Assembly (NCBI GenBank): GCA_963701185.1
Contig: OY969569.1
Location: forward strand, 181,735 to 245,734
Length of the DNA stretch: 64,000 nucleotides
Reading direction: 5' to 3'
DNA from: Candidatus Gottesmanbacteria bacterium
Lineage (GTDB): Bacteria > Patescibacteriota > Microgenomatia > UBA10105 > UBA927
A program made the position numbers and the translations under genes. Under the pieces are notes generated by a model that saw only the letters and a list, made by a program, of their open reading frames with translations, searched no databases and was not told the DNA's origin. Positions 46,946 to 54,642 of the stretch are shown in pieces; the first letter of the stretch is position 1; every line of letters begins with the position of its first letter.

Positions 46946-48217
46946 ATGACCGATCTTGATAAAATAGTAGCATTGGCAAAACGCCGCGGATTTATTTATC
47001 CGGGCAGCGAGATTTACGGCGGCATTGCGGGATTTTGGGATTACGGGCCCCTTGGAGTAGAACTCAAAAAAAATATTAAAAATGAATGGTGGAAATCGAT
47101 GGTTCAGATGCGTGATGACGTTGTAGGTCTGGATGCCGCGATCATTATGAATCCTGCCGTCTGGGAAGCCTCAGGGCATACGAAAGCATTTGCAGATCCG
47201 CTGGTGGAATGTAAAATCTGCCATAAACGGTTCCGGGCGGACAAAGAAGAACTCCTCCGCGAGCACGAAAAAACACATAAGGAAAAGGTGAGCTGGACGG
47301 AGCCGAAGCAATTTAATTTACTGACGGAGGTGTATCTCGGGGTTACCGAGCCCAAAGAAAAAGTGTATCTGCGCGGGGAAATCACCCAGGGCGTGTTTGT
47401 AAACTTTAGGAATGTTGTTGACTCCACCCGGATTAAGATTCCGTTCGGTATTGCCCAGATCGGGAAGGCATTCAGAAATGAAATCACGCCGGGAAATTTT
47501 ACATTCCGGTCGCGGGAATTTGAACAGATGGAATTGGAATTTTTTGTAAAACCGGGGGACGACAAATGGTTTGAATACTGGAAAGAAGCGCGCATAAAAT
47601 GGTACCAATCTCTTGGTATGGAGGCCGCGCATCTGCGCTTGCGCGATCACCGGGATGATGAACGGGCCCATTATGCCCGAAAAGCTACGGATATAGAATA
47701 TAATGCGCCGTTCGGATGGAGTGAATTTGAAGGAATTCATCATAGGGGTGATTTTGATTTGGGGAATCACAAGCTGAAGTATCGCGATGATATAGCAGGA
47801 GAGGAATATACGCCGTGGGTGATTGAAACATCCGGGGGCGTCGACCGCGCCGCGCTCTTTTTCTTACTTGAAGCATACGTTCAGGAAGAAAAACGGATAG
47901 TCCTAAAGCTTGATCCGAGACTTGCACCGAAAAAAGTCGCCGTATTCCCGCTGGTCGCCAACAAAGAGAATATTTCAGCAAAAGCTAAGGAAGTGTATGC
48001 AATACTTAAAAACAAATATATGACCGCCTGGGATGCCCGGGGCAACATCGGAAAGCGGTATCTTGCACAGGATGAGGCCGGTACGCCGATGTGCGTGACC
48101 ATTGACTACACGACGCTTGAAGATGATACCGTGACGGTCCGGGATCGTGATACAATGAAACAAGATAGAGTAAACATATCAAAGTTGATAGAATTTATTG
48201 ACGGGAGATTAGCATGA
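46946..48217 (+). CDS. glyQS: glycine--tRNA ligase (alpha2 dimeric class II form)
   Basis: LAKRRGFIYPGSEIYGGIAGFWDYGPLGVELKKNIKNEWW, the FRNEITPGNFTFRSREFEQMELEFF (class II motif 2) region, and the anticodon-binding C-terminus are collinear with GlyQS. Confidence 0.9.
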   Translation: MTDLDKIVALAKRRGFIYPGSEIYGGIAGFWDYGPLGVELKKNIKNEWWKSMVQMRDDVVGLDAAIIMNPAVWEASGHTKAFADPLVECKICHKRFRADKEELLREHEKTHKEKVSWTEPKQFNLLTEVYLGVTEPKEKVYLRGEITQGVFVNFRNVVDSTRIKIPFGIAQIGKAFRNEITPGNFTFRSREFEQMELEFFVKPGDDKWFEYWKEARIKWYQSLGMEAAHLRLRDHRDDERAHYARKATDIEYNAPFGWSEFEGIHHRGDFDLGNHKLKYRDDIAGEEYTPWVIETSGGVDRAALFFLLEAYVQEEKRIVLKLDPRLAPKKVAVFPLVANKENISAKAKEVYAILKNKYMTAWDARGNIGKRYLAQDEAGTPMCVTIDYTTLEDDTVTVRDRDTMKQDRVNISKLIEFIDGRLA

Positions 48218-48672
48218 ACAAAAAAACAGGTATTATTATCGGTGTTTTAGTACTTCTTTTGCTTGTTACGGGGTTTGTAGTTTACAAAGCGGTGTTTTCC
48301 GCAAAACCGGCAGAAGTGACGCAGGATTTGACGCCGGCGGTGGTTGCTCCCGTTGATGCGTCTATCAGTGTAGATCTTACCAAAAGTACGTCAGCGGCCA
48401 ACACAGTAATCGTTTCCGTCAAAGGGATGGGCGGCAAAATGACCAGTGTTGCCTACGAGCTGATGTATGAAAGCAAAGGAGTGACACAGGGAGTTACCGG
48501 AAAGAGCGTTGATGTGTCGGGAAAAGATACATTTGAACGGGATCTGTATCTGGGAACGTGTTCACGCAACGTCTGTACGCCGCATTTGGGTGTTACGAAA
48601 GTGAATCTGGTTCTCGTCTTTACCGACACGTCCGGCAAACAGAGCCAGTTCTCCAAAGATTACACGCTTTAG
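48214..48672 (+). CDS. hypothetical N-terminally anchored (secreted/periplasmic) protein
   Basis: MNKKTGIIIGVLVLLLLVTGFVVYKAVF is a signal anchor, then a Thr/Val/Ser-rich beta-type domain. Its last 12 codons are duplicated 1.45 kb downstream (see repeats). Confidence 0.5.
   Translation: MNKKTGIIIGVLVLLLLVTGFVVYKAVFSAKPAEVTQDLTPAVVAPVDASISVDLTKSTSAANTVIVSVKGMGGKMTSVAYELMYESKGVTQGVTGKSVDVSGKDTFERDLYLGTCSRNVCTPHLGVTKVNLVLVFTDTSGKQSQFSKDYTL
48635..48668. repeat. 34-nt direct repeat, copy 1 (native 3' end of gene 48214..48672)
   Basis: gcaaacagagccagttctccaaagattacacgct is identical to 50116-50149. Confidence 0.9.
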
Positions 48673-49286
48673 TCGCCGTGTATCGGTAGATAGTTGATGA
48701 TGTGCAATGTGGGTTCTCCTCGGGATATTTCTATTATTGTTAAAGATGCGTTTTTCATTCTCAACCCCTCAAGTTGCTCAGGTGAAGTATTCAAAAAAGC
48801 CCCCACAAGTATCCGAAGCGCCACGCCGTGAGAGACGAGAAGAATGGATTTGCCTGTATACTTTTTCAGTATTTTTTTCGTAAACTCACTCACCCGTTTT
48901 TTGATATCATTGACACTTTCTCCTCCCGGCGGGTGATAGTCAGGATAGTTCCATGTCTCACTAAATATGAGCGCCGGATGAAATTTGTTAACCTCTTCAT
49001 ATGTTTTACCTTCCAGTTCGCCAAATTGGCGCTCTCTAAGAGCATTATCTTTGATAATCGGTGCATTGTGATGACTATTAATGATCATCGCTGTTTCGTA
49101 GGCGCGTGAAAGCGGAGATGCGTAAATAATATCCAAATTAATCTTTTTAAGATGTGATGCAATCTCTTTAGCTTGCTGTTTACCTTTAGAATTAAGCGGA
49201 ATGTCCGTATGTCCCTGCATGCGGCTCCCTATATTCCAATCCGTTTCCCCATGCCGGACGATATAGATCATGGTTTTTTTGTTCAT
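48669..49286 (-). CDS. histidine phosphatase superfamily protein (phosphoglycerate-mutase-like, GpmB type)
   Basis: The minus strand reads MNKKTMIYIVRHGETDWNIGSRMQGHTDIPLNSKGKQQAKEIA...IYASPLSRAYETA (RHG catalytic motif). The track ORF extends to 49379; ATG 49286 matches family N-termini. About 38% GC. Confidence 0.75.
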   Translation of the reverse strand: MNKKTMIYIVRHGETDWNIGSRMQGHTDIPLNSKGKQQAKEIASHLKKINLDIIYASPLSRAYETAMIINSHHNAPIIKDNALRERQFGELEGKTYEEVNKFHPALIFSETWNYPDYHPPGGESVNDIKKRVSEFTKKILKKYTGKSILLVSHGVALRILVGAFLNTSPEQLEGLRMKNASLTIIEISRGEPTLHIINYLPIHGD

Positions 49287-49322
49287 ACGATTATTATAAC
49301 GAATACACCTAGGCTTATACAT

Positions 49323-49362
49323 AGTAGTTATTAAAAAAGCTATAGCATTAATAATAACTACT
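49323..49362. repeat. 40-nt palindromic element copy 1 (11-bp stem agtagttatta/taataactact, loop containing the 8-bp palindrome gctatagc)
   Basis: Perfect 11-bp inverted repeat with an 18-nt loop. It lies between the divergent histidine phosphatase and PaaX-like genes. Confidence 0.85.
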
Positions 49363-49377
49363 TTATATACTAAGTAC

Positions 49378-50084
49378 ATGAGGAGCCGGAAGTTTGGGAG
49401 AACAGCGCTCGCGCTTAGTGAGGGTATTTTTTCACATACGGTGGATTTCGGTTTGTGGGTATCAACGTATATTGCTCACTTGAGTATTCCTCAGCCGGTA
49501 TCCGGACAAAATTGGCGGGCAGTCGTTGCGGCGGACAAATTTTTACGTGACGTTAATTATGAAGTGATCAAAAATGCGATTCAGACCGCGCGCAAACGCG
49601 GGTGGGTAAGGGTTCGAAGAAACGCGTGTGGGAGGGACGAATGCATATCGTGACGTATGACATACCGGAAGCATATAAACACGACAGGGAGCTTTTGCGT
49701 GGATATTTACGGACCATTCGGTGCGGGAGGCTTCAGGATTCCGTGTGGGTGACGCCGTATAACCCTATTGATTTGGTCCGTTCGTTTGTAGAGTTGCATA
49801 ATATTCGAGGCACCATTATTGTGTCGGATATGGGTCGCGATGGGTCAATTGGCGAAGAAAATTTAAAAGGTTTGGTGGTACGCGTCTATAGACTTGAATT
49901 GCTGAATGAACGGTATAATGTATGGTTAGATACAAAGGGTTCACTTTTGGGGTTTCTCGCCATTTTGAAAGATGATCCACAACTGCCGTTTGCCTTATTG
50001 CCGGGATGGTGGAAAGGGGATACCGCCTATAAACTTGTCAAAGAGAAATTGGATAAAGTAGTTATAAAAAAAGCTATAGCATAA
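49378..50084 (+). pseudogene. PaaX-family-like regulator, apparently split (wHTH part 49378..49653; Cas2-like/PaaX_C-like part 49641..50084)
   Basis: ORF1 ends ...NAIQTARKRGWVRVRRNACGRDECIS, resembling the PaaX wHTH wing (NKEGWLDVSRIGRRSFYSL). ORF2 from ATG 49641 reads MHIVTYDIPEAYKHDRELLRGYLRTIRCGRLQDSVWV, the Cas2-like beta-alpha pattern (VTYD....R..L..L...G.R.Q.SV) also present in the PaaX C-domain. The frames differ by +2. The junction contains an imperfect 26-nt-period tandem repeat (49594-49636). The PaaX assignment is tentative. Confidence 0.35.
49594..49636. repeat. imperfect tandem repeat, period 26 nt (aaacgcgGgtgggtaagg / aaacgcgTgtgggaggg)
   Basis: 15 of 17 core positions are identical. 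The period is not a multiple of 3, and the repeat lies exactly at the frame junction of the split PaaX-like gene. Confidence 0.6.
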
Positions 50085-50097
50085 TTTATAACTACTT
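50056..50097. repeat. palindromic element copy 2 (13-bp stem aagtagttataaa/tttataactactt, loop again containing gctatagc)
   Basis: Same sequence family as 49323-49362. It overlaps the stop of the PaaX-like ORF, 19 nt before direct-repeat copy 2. Confidence 0.85.
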
Positions 50098-50115
50098 CCG
50101 ATAATCTTTATTTCA

Positions 50116-50149
50116 GCAAACAGAGCCAGTTCTCCAAAGATTACACGCT
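50116..50149. repeat. 34-nt direct repeat, copy 2 (orphan duplicate encoding the same C-terminal SKQSQFSKDYTL + stop)
   Basis: Identical 34-mer. Translated in frame it gives SKQSQFSKDYTL then TAA, against TAG in copy 1. Confidence 0.9.
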
Positions 50150-50153
50150 GTAA

Positions 50154-50429
50154 TTAAGCTCTTTCAACGCCGCGCATAAAATCACATTTTCCACAGATGA
50201 CTTTTATGATGCTTTCTTTTGGTACCTCCATGGTCTCATCAAATCCCTGAACAAAAATCGGTACGATGTCTCCTTCAATTGGTTTTGTACATCGACTGTC
50301 ATACAGAGTATGGTCAATCAGTGTTCCTGTCATGAAAGAACATGTTTTTGGATCTTCGCCACAGTTTTTTAATGTAGGCGGGAATGTAGGATTTGATGTT
50401 GGGCTTGTATACTGTGGTTTTTCTGCCAT
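50154..50429 (-). CDS. hypothetical small Cys-containing protein (possible zinc ribbon)
   Basis: This 91-aa protein has Cys pairs NCGEDPKTC and ICGKCDF. It is convergent with the 48214 gene in the inferred pre-insertion arrangement and divergent from mraZ. Confidence 0.4.
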   Translation of the reverse strand: MAEKPQYTSPTSNPTFPPTLKNCGEDPKTCSFMTGTLIDHTLYDSRCTKPIEGDIVPIFVQGFDETMEVPKESIIKVICGKCDFMRGVERA

Positions 50430-50492
50430 GGATCTGAATTTATAGCATAGAAATACCTCAAAGTAAAGGTGGGATACTTCCGTGAAATGGTA

Positions 50493-50556
50493 CTTGACAA
50501 CCCGTGAAAAATGGGTGACTATGGATATAGATGGGAAGATGTGGTAAATTTAGGGA
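50493..50556 (+). promoter_or_regulatory. mraZ promoter/operator region: consensus -35 TTGACA followed by four 10-bp-phased (A/G)TGG(G) repeats (candidate MraZ boxes)
   Basis: TTGACA lies at 50493-98. ATGGGtgact ATGGatatag ATGGGaagat GTGGtaaatt (50511-50550) has TGG at 50512, 50522, 50532 and 50542. AGGGA (50552-56) is a plausible SD 1 nt before ATG 50557. E. coli MraZ binds GTGGG direct repeats with 10-bp periodicity. Confidence 0.45.
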
Positions 50557-50961
50557 ATGAAGTTGTTCCTTGGGGAATACGATCATGCACTGGACGATCG
50601 GGGCCGCATAACGCTCCCGAGAAAGATTCGGCAAGAGTTGGACGAACGGGAAGTGGTACTGACGAGAGGGTTTGATACATGTATTTTCGGTTTCGACAAG
50701 TCCAGTTGGGAACGGGAAGCGGGAAAGCACCTTGAAACGCCGGTGACCGATAAAGAAGCCAGGGGTTTGCGCCGGTATTTGTTTTCCGGGGCGCAAAAAG
50801 CGGACATAGACAAGCTTGGTCGTATTCTTTTGCCTGCCCAGCTCAAGGAATATGCTTCGATTTCCCGTGAAGTTATAGTTATCGGTGCTGGAGATCATTT
50901 TGAGATCTGGGATAAAGAGAATTGGAGGAAATATGCCCTATCACACGCCGATAATGGTTAA
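50557..50961 (+). CDS. mraZ: transcriptional regulator MraZ
   Basis: MKLFLGEYDHALDDRGRITLPRKIRQEL (first MraZ repeat, DxxGR) and a second repeat, ...IGAGDHFEIWDKENW. It is the first gene of the dcw cluster. Confidence 0.85.
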   Translation: MKLFLGEYDHALDDRGRITLPRKIRQELDEREVVLTRGFDTCIFGFDKSSWEREAGKHLETPVTDKEARGLRRYLFSGAQKADIDKLGRILLPAQLKEYASISREVIVIGAGDHFEIWDKENWRKYALSHADNG

Positions 50962-51730
50962 AGAGGTCATTGAGGGGCTCCAGGTGGCCCCAGGGAAGAG
51001 ATTTATCGATGCGACCTATGGCGGCGGAGGGCACGCATCAGAGATTGTGCGACGTGGTGGGGAAGTGTTGGGAATAGACGTTGATCCGGATACAGGTTCA
51101 CATGCTATACACGGGAATTTTAGAAATATAGAAAAAATTGCAAAAGAAAATGGATTTGATAACGTTGACGGAATTTTGTTTGATTTAGGCGTATCCAGTC
51201 ATCAGCTGGATACGGCGCAAAGAGGATTTAGTTATCGATTTCCCGATGCGCCGCTGGATTTGCGGCTGAATCAGAACGAAGGTGAAACGGCAGCGGAATT
51301 GTTAGCACGAGTGAGCGAAAACCAACTATATGAGATTTTGGCAACATTTGGTGAAGAAGAGCATAGTCGGGCAATTAGTTCTCTTATTGTCCGCACGCGT
51401 CGCGTGAATCCGATTAAAACGACGGGAGATCTTTTAAAACTCATTGATAAGAAGTCTGCGTCCCAGGTTTTTCAGGCGCTGCGCATTGCCGTCAATGATG
51501 AATTACATGCGTTGAAAGAGGGACTGCAAGGAGCCAAAGAAGTGCTTGCACCCGGCGGGAGATTGGCAGTTATCAGTTTTCATTCATTGGAAGACCGCAT
51601 TGTGAAGATATTTTTGAAAACCGATGCATGGAAATTGATAACCAAGAAGCCGATTATTCCGGGAAGGGAAGAAACAAAGGCAAACAAACGTTCACGGAGC
51701 GCTAAGTTACGGATTGCGGAAAAACTATGA
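50933..51730 (+). CDS. rsmH: 16S rRNA (cytosine1402-N4)-methyltransferase
   Basis: MPYHTPIMVKEVIEGLQVAPGKRFIDATYGGGGHASEIV, FDLGVSSHQLD, RGFSYRF are RsmH/MraW motifs. ATG 50933 is preceded by GGAGG; the track ORF 50885 is an upstream extension. Confidence 0.9.
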   Translation: MPYHTPIMVKEVIEGLQVAPGKRFIDATYGGGGHASEIVRRGGEVLGIDVDPDTGSHAIHGNFRNIEKIAKENGFDNVDGILFDLGVSSHQLDTAQRGFSYRFPDAPLDLRLNQNEGETAAELLARVSENQLYEILATFGEEEHSRAISSLIVRTRRVNPIKTTGDLLKLIDKKSASQVFQALRIAVNDELHALKEGLQGAKEVLAPGGRLAVISFHSLEDRIVKIFLKTDAWKLITKKPIIPGREETKANKRSRSAKLRIAEKL

Positions 51731-52029
51731 TGAATCTATTACGGACAGCAGCCAAAAGCATACCGATCATTGTTATTATCCTCGTAGTGACCGAAATCCT
51801 TTGGTCCAATACCCTTGTGGTATCAGGGAAGCAAGTCAGTTCGGTAGACCTGGAAATTGCGGCTCTTCGCCAGAAGAACGAACAGCTTGCCCAACAGGTG
51901 GCATCAGCGTCGTCTCTGACAACAATTACTCTGAAGGCTGCTGAAATGGGATTTGTTGAGCCGACAGGGAAACAATTTGTTATGATAGGGAATGAGACCC
52001 TGCCCGTTGCTCTCAACCGCCAGCAATAA
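51727..52029 (+). CDS. ftsL: FtsL-like cell division protein (by position and architecture)
   Basis: 100 aa: a short cytoplasmic N-terminus, one TM (IPIIVIILVVTEILW) and a coiled-coil (DLEIAALRQKNEQLAQQVA). It lies immediately after rsmH, as ftsL does. Confidence 0.5.
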   Translation: MMNLLRTAAKSIPIIVIILVVTEILWSNTLVVSGKQVSSVDLEIAALRQKNEQLAQQVASASSLTTITLKAAEMGFVEPTGKQFVMIGNETLPVALNRQQ

Positions 52030-52052
52030 CCTTCGGATGATATAATGACGTC

Positions 52053-52946
52053 ATGGATGAACAATCCTTTTATATCGAGCAAAGTAAATATAGTGATCCA
52101 GGAAAATTCTCGCCCCTTTTTGATGTATTACCCGAAACGATAGTAGATATTTGCCATACCGTTCACAATTTACTGGTGCACCAAGATGACTTGTTTGACT
52201 TTTATCATTTCAAAGTATCCGCAGATAAACAACTTCAACCAAACATGAGATATATTGAAAAAATTGTTGAGGTTATTGTTCATAATAATAATTCCGCATT
52301 AAGTGAGCTAAGAAAACCACAAGAACGATTTATTGGTACATGCAGAGATTTTGCTTTCTTTACCTGTTCCATACTTCGGCATAAAGGGATTCCTGCTCGT
52401 GTGCGGTGTGGTTTTGCGAGTTATTTCCATTCAGACTGGTATTCTGATCATTGGGTTTGCGAATATTTTGATAAGAAATTAAATCAATGGTTATTAGCTG
52501 ATGCAGAATTGGGGAATGAAGAGAAAGAAAAATACCATATTGATTTTGATCCAGCAAATATATCGAGAGAAAAATTTCTTACTGCGGGAAAAGCTTGGAT
52601 AAAGGCTCGAAGGAATCAAATCAACCCAGAAATCTTAGGAGTAAAAGAAATAGATGTTAAAGGATTTTGGTTTATTAAAGCAGATGTTATCCGGGATCTC
52701 GCGGCACTCAATAAAATAGAATTACTTCCTTGGGATTATACAGAGTATATGGATCAGCCATACAAGAATTTAACAGAGCGATCTGACGACGAAATACAAC
52801 TTATCGATTCTGTTGCGGCAGTTACCTCACAAGAACCAATAAATTTAAATGAAGTTTTAGATTTTTACAAGAAAAATATAAATGTGCAAATAACGAATAA
52901 AGTTAAAAGCTATTCTTCAAAGGACCCGATAGACGTAACACTATAA
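52053..52946 (+). CDS. transglutaminase-like cysteine-protease-superfamily protein
   Basis: FIGTCRDFAFFTCSILRHKGIPARVRCGFASYF matches the transglutaminase-like core (G.C..FA.....R..GIPAR.V.G) with the catalytic Cys. About 34% GC, inserted between ftsL and ftsI. Confidence 0.6.
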   Translation: MDEQSFYIEQSKYSDPGKFSPLFDVLPETIVDICHTVHNLLVHQDDLFDFYHFKVSADKQLQPNMRYIEKIVEVIVHNNNSALSELRKPQERFIGTCRDFAFFTCSILRHKGIPARVRCGFASYFHSDWYSDHWVCEYFDKKLNQWLLADAELGNEEKEKYHIDFDPANISREKFLTAGKAWIKARRNQINPEILGVKEIDVKGFWFIKADVIRDLAALNKIELLPWDYTEYMDQPYKNLTERSDDEIQLIDSVAAVTSQEPINLNEVLDFYKKNINVQITNKVKSYSSKDPIDVTL

Positions 52947-52990
52947 CCATATTATGTGGCGCATCTGGACACTGTTCGGTTTCATAATGC

Positions 52991-54631
52991 TTGCTTTTTT
53001 CCGCAATTATCGTCCGGCTTTTTTACTGGCAGATTCTCCAGGGCGATTCTTTACGGGTTCAGGCAAACCGGCAGTATAACCTGGAATTAACTATTCCGGC
53101 CAGACGCGGTACGATCGCCGCCTCTGATGGGAGTCCGTTTGCCATGAACCAGCAGGGGTATTTGGTATATGCACAGCCGAAAGAAATAGAAAATGCAGGG
53201 ATATTCGCCAAAGTCGTTGCCCCGATATTGCATCAGGAAGAAGCGTCCATATCAGCAATTGTAACGATCCCCGGGCGTGTATGGGTGCCGCTTGCGCATA
53301 AGGTTGATGCATCGGTGAAAGATACGCTTTCGCTTTTGAATCTCAAAGGACTGGGATTTGAACCGGAGGCAAAACGGTATTACCCGGAGGCATCCATGGC
53401 AGCACAGCTTCTGGGGTTCGTGGGGATGGACCAGAACGGAAATGATCAGGGATATTTCGGTCTTGAGGGGTATTATGACCGCGAGCTGCGGGGGAGAGAC
53501 GGCAGTCTACAGCTTGAAAAAGACGTGCAGGGATCGGCCATATTGGTAGGAAATACCAAACGCATTGAAGCGGAGGATGGCAGGTCTCTACTTCTCTGGA
53601 CCGACAGGACGGTTCAGCAGATTGCCGAGAAGCGGCTGTCGGAAGGGATTAGGAAGTATGGAGCCAAAGCCGGTACGGTGACGATTATGGATCCTCAAAC
53701 AGGCGGCATACTTGCCGTTGTCTCCCGTCCAAGCTACGACCCCGCCTCATACCAGTCGTTTGATAAATCGTTGTATAAAAATCCGATCGTATCCCAATCG
53801 TATGAGCCGGGAAGCACATTTAAAGTGCTTGTTATGAGCGGGGCGCTCAATGAGCGATCCGTGACGCCCGATACCAAAGTGGACGAAAACGCTCCGGTGC
53901 CGATTGACGACTATGTGATACATACCTGGAATGATTCGTATCACGGCCCGATCACCATGGCGCAAATTCTGGAGTATTCCAGTAATGTCGGCATGGTATA
54001 CGTGGAGCAAAAAATGGGAAAAAAAATTCTGCTTAAATACCTTCATGCTTTTGGAATTGGGATGCCGACCGGCATAGACCTGCAGGAAGAAAGCTCTCCG
54101 GAGCTGCGGGCCGATAGTGAATGGAAAAATATCGATTTGGCGACTGCGTCGTTCGGACAGGGGTTGGCGGTAACTCCCATACAAATGGTCCGTGCAGTCG
54201 GTGCCATAGCAAACGGCGGTGTTTTAATGGAACCTCATGTTGTCCGTGAAATTATTGATGATACCGGCAAGAAGGTAAGTATACCGCCGAAGAAAATCCG
54301 TCAGGTCATAACGAGCAGTGCGGCTGCAGCTATTACCGAAATGATGATATCCGCAGTGGATTTAGGCGAGGCAAAGTGGGCAAAGCCTGCGGGGTACCGC
54401 ATTGCCGGTAAAACAGGGACCGCCCAGATTCCGGTTGCCGGCCATTATGACGCGACAAAAACAATCGCATCGTTCGTGGGGTTCGCGCCTGCCGACAATC
54501 CGAAATTTGTTATGTTGGTCACCCTAACGGAACCGTCAAGCTCACCATGGGGCTCTGAAACCGCCGCCCCGCTCTTTTTCAAGATTGCGAAAGATTTGTT
54601 AACCTACTACAGTATCCCCGCCTCGCAGTAA
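52991..54631 (+). CDS. ftsI: peptidoglycan D,D-transpeptidase FtsI (PBP3 family); N-terminus disrupted or uses a TTG start
   Basis: Transpeptidase motifs are GSTFKVLV (SxxK), YSSNVG (SxN) and GKTGTAQ (KTG). The track ORF begins at TTG 52991 inside the TM helix. An ATG at 52954 in frame +1 encodes MWRIWTLFGFIMLAFF, which would complete the TM anchor if one T of the T6 run at 52995-53000 were absent. Confidence 0.8.
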   Translation: MLFSAIIVRLFYWQILQGDSLRVQANRQYNLELTIPARRGTIAASDGSPFAMNQQGYLVYAQPKEIENAGIFAKVVAPILHQEEASISAIVTIPGRVWVPLAHKVDASVKDTLSLLNLKGLGFEPEAKRYYPEASMAAQLLGFVGMDQNGNDQGYFGLEGYYDRELRGRDGSLQLEKDVQGSAILVGNTKRIEAEDGRSLLLWTDRTVQQIAEKRLSEGIRKYGAKAGTVTIMDPQTGGILAVVSRPSYDPASYQSFDKSLYKNPIVSQSYEPGSTFKVLVMSGALNERSVTPDTKVDENAPVPIDDYVIHTWNDSYHGPITMAQILEYSSNVGMVYVEQKMGKKILLKYLHAFGIGMPTGIDLQEESSPELRADSEWKNIDLATASFGQGLAVTPIQMVRAVGAIANGGVLMEPHVVREIIDDTGKKVSIPPKKIRQVITSSAAAAITEMMISAVDLGEAKWAKPAGYRIAGKTGTAQIPVAGHYDATKTIASFVGFAPADNPKFVMLVTLTEPSSSPWGSETAAPLFFKIAKDLLTYYSIPASQ

Positions 54632-54642
54632 CGCACGTACTT

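Noticed and set aside
49641-50084. Cas2-like N-terminal motif (VTYDIP...GRLQDSVWV) suggesting a CRISPR-Cas adaptation gene
   Set aside because: No CRISPR repeat array, cas1 or any other cas gene anywhere in the window. The upstream ORF supplies a wHTH-like half, so a PaaX-family regulator, whose C-domain has the same fold pattern, explains it better.
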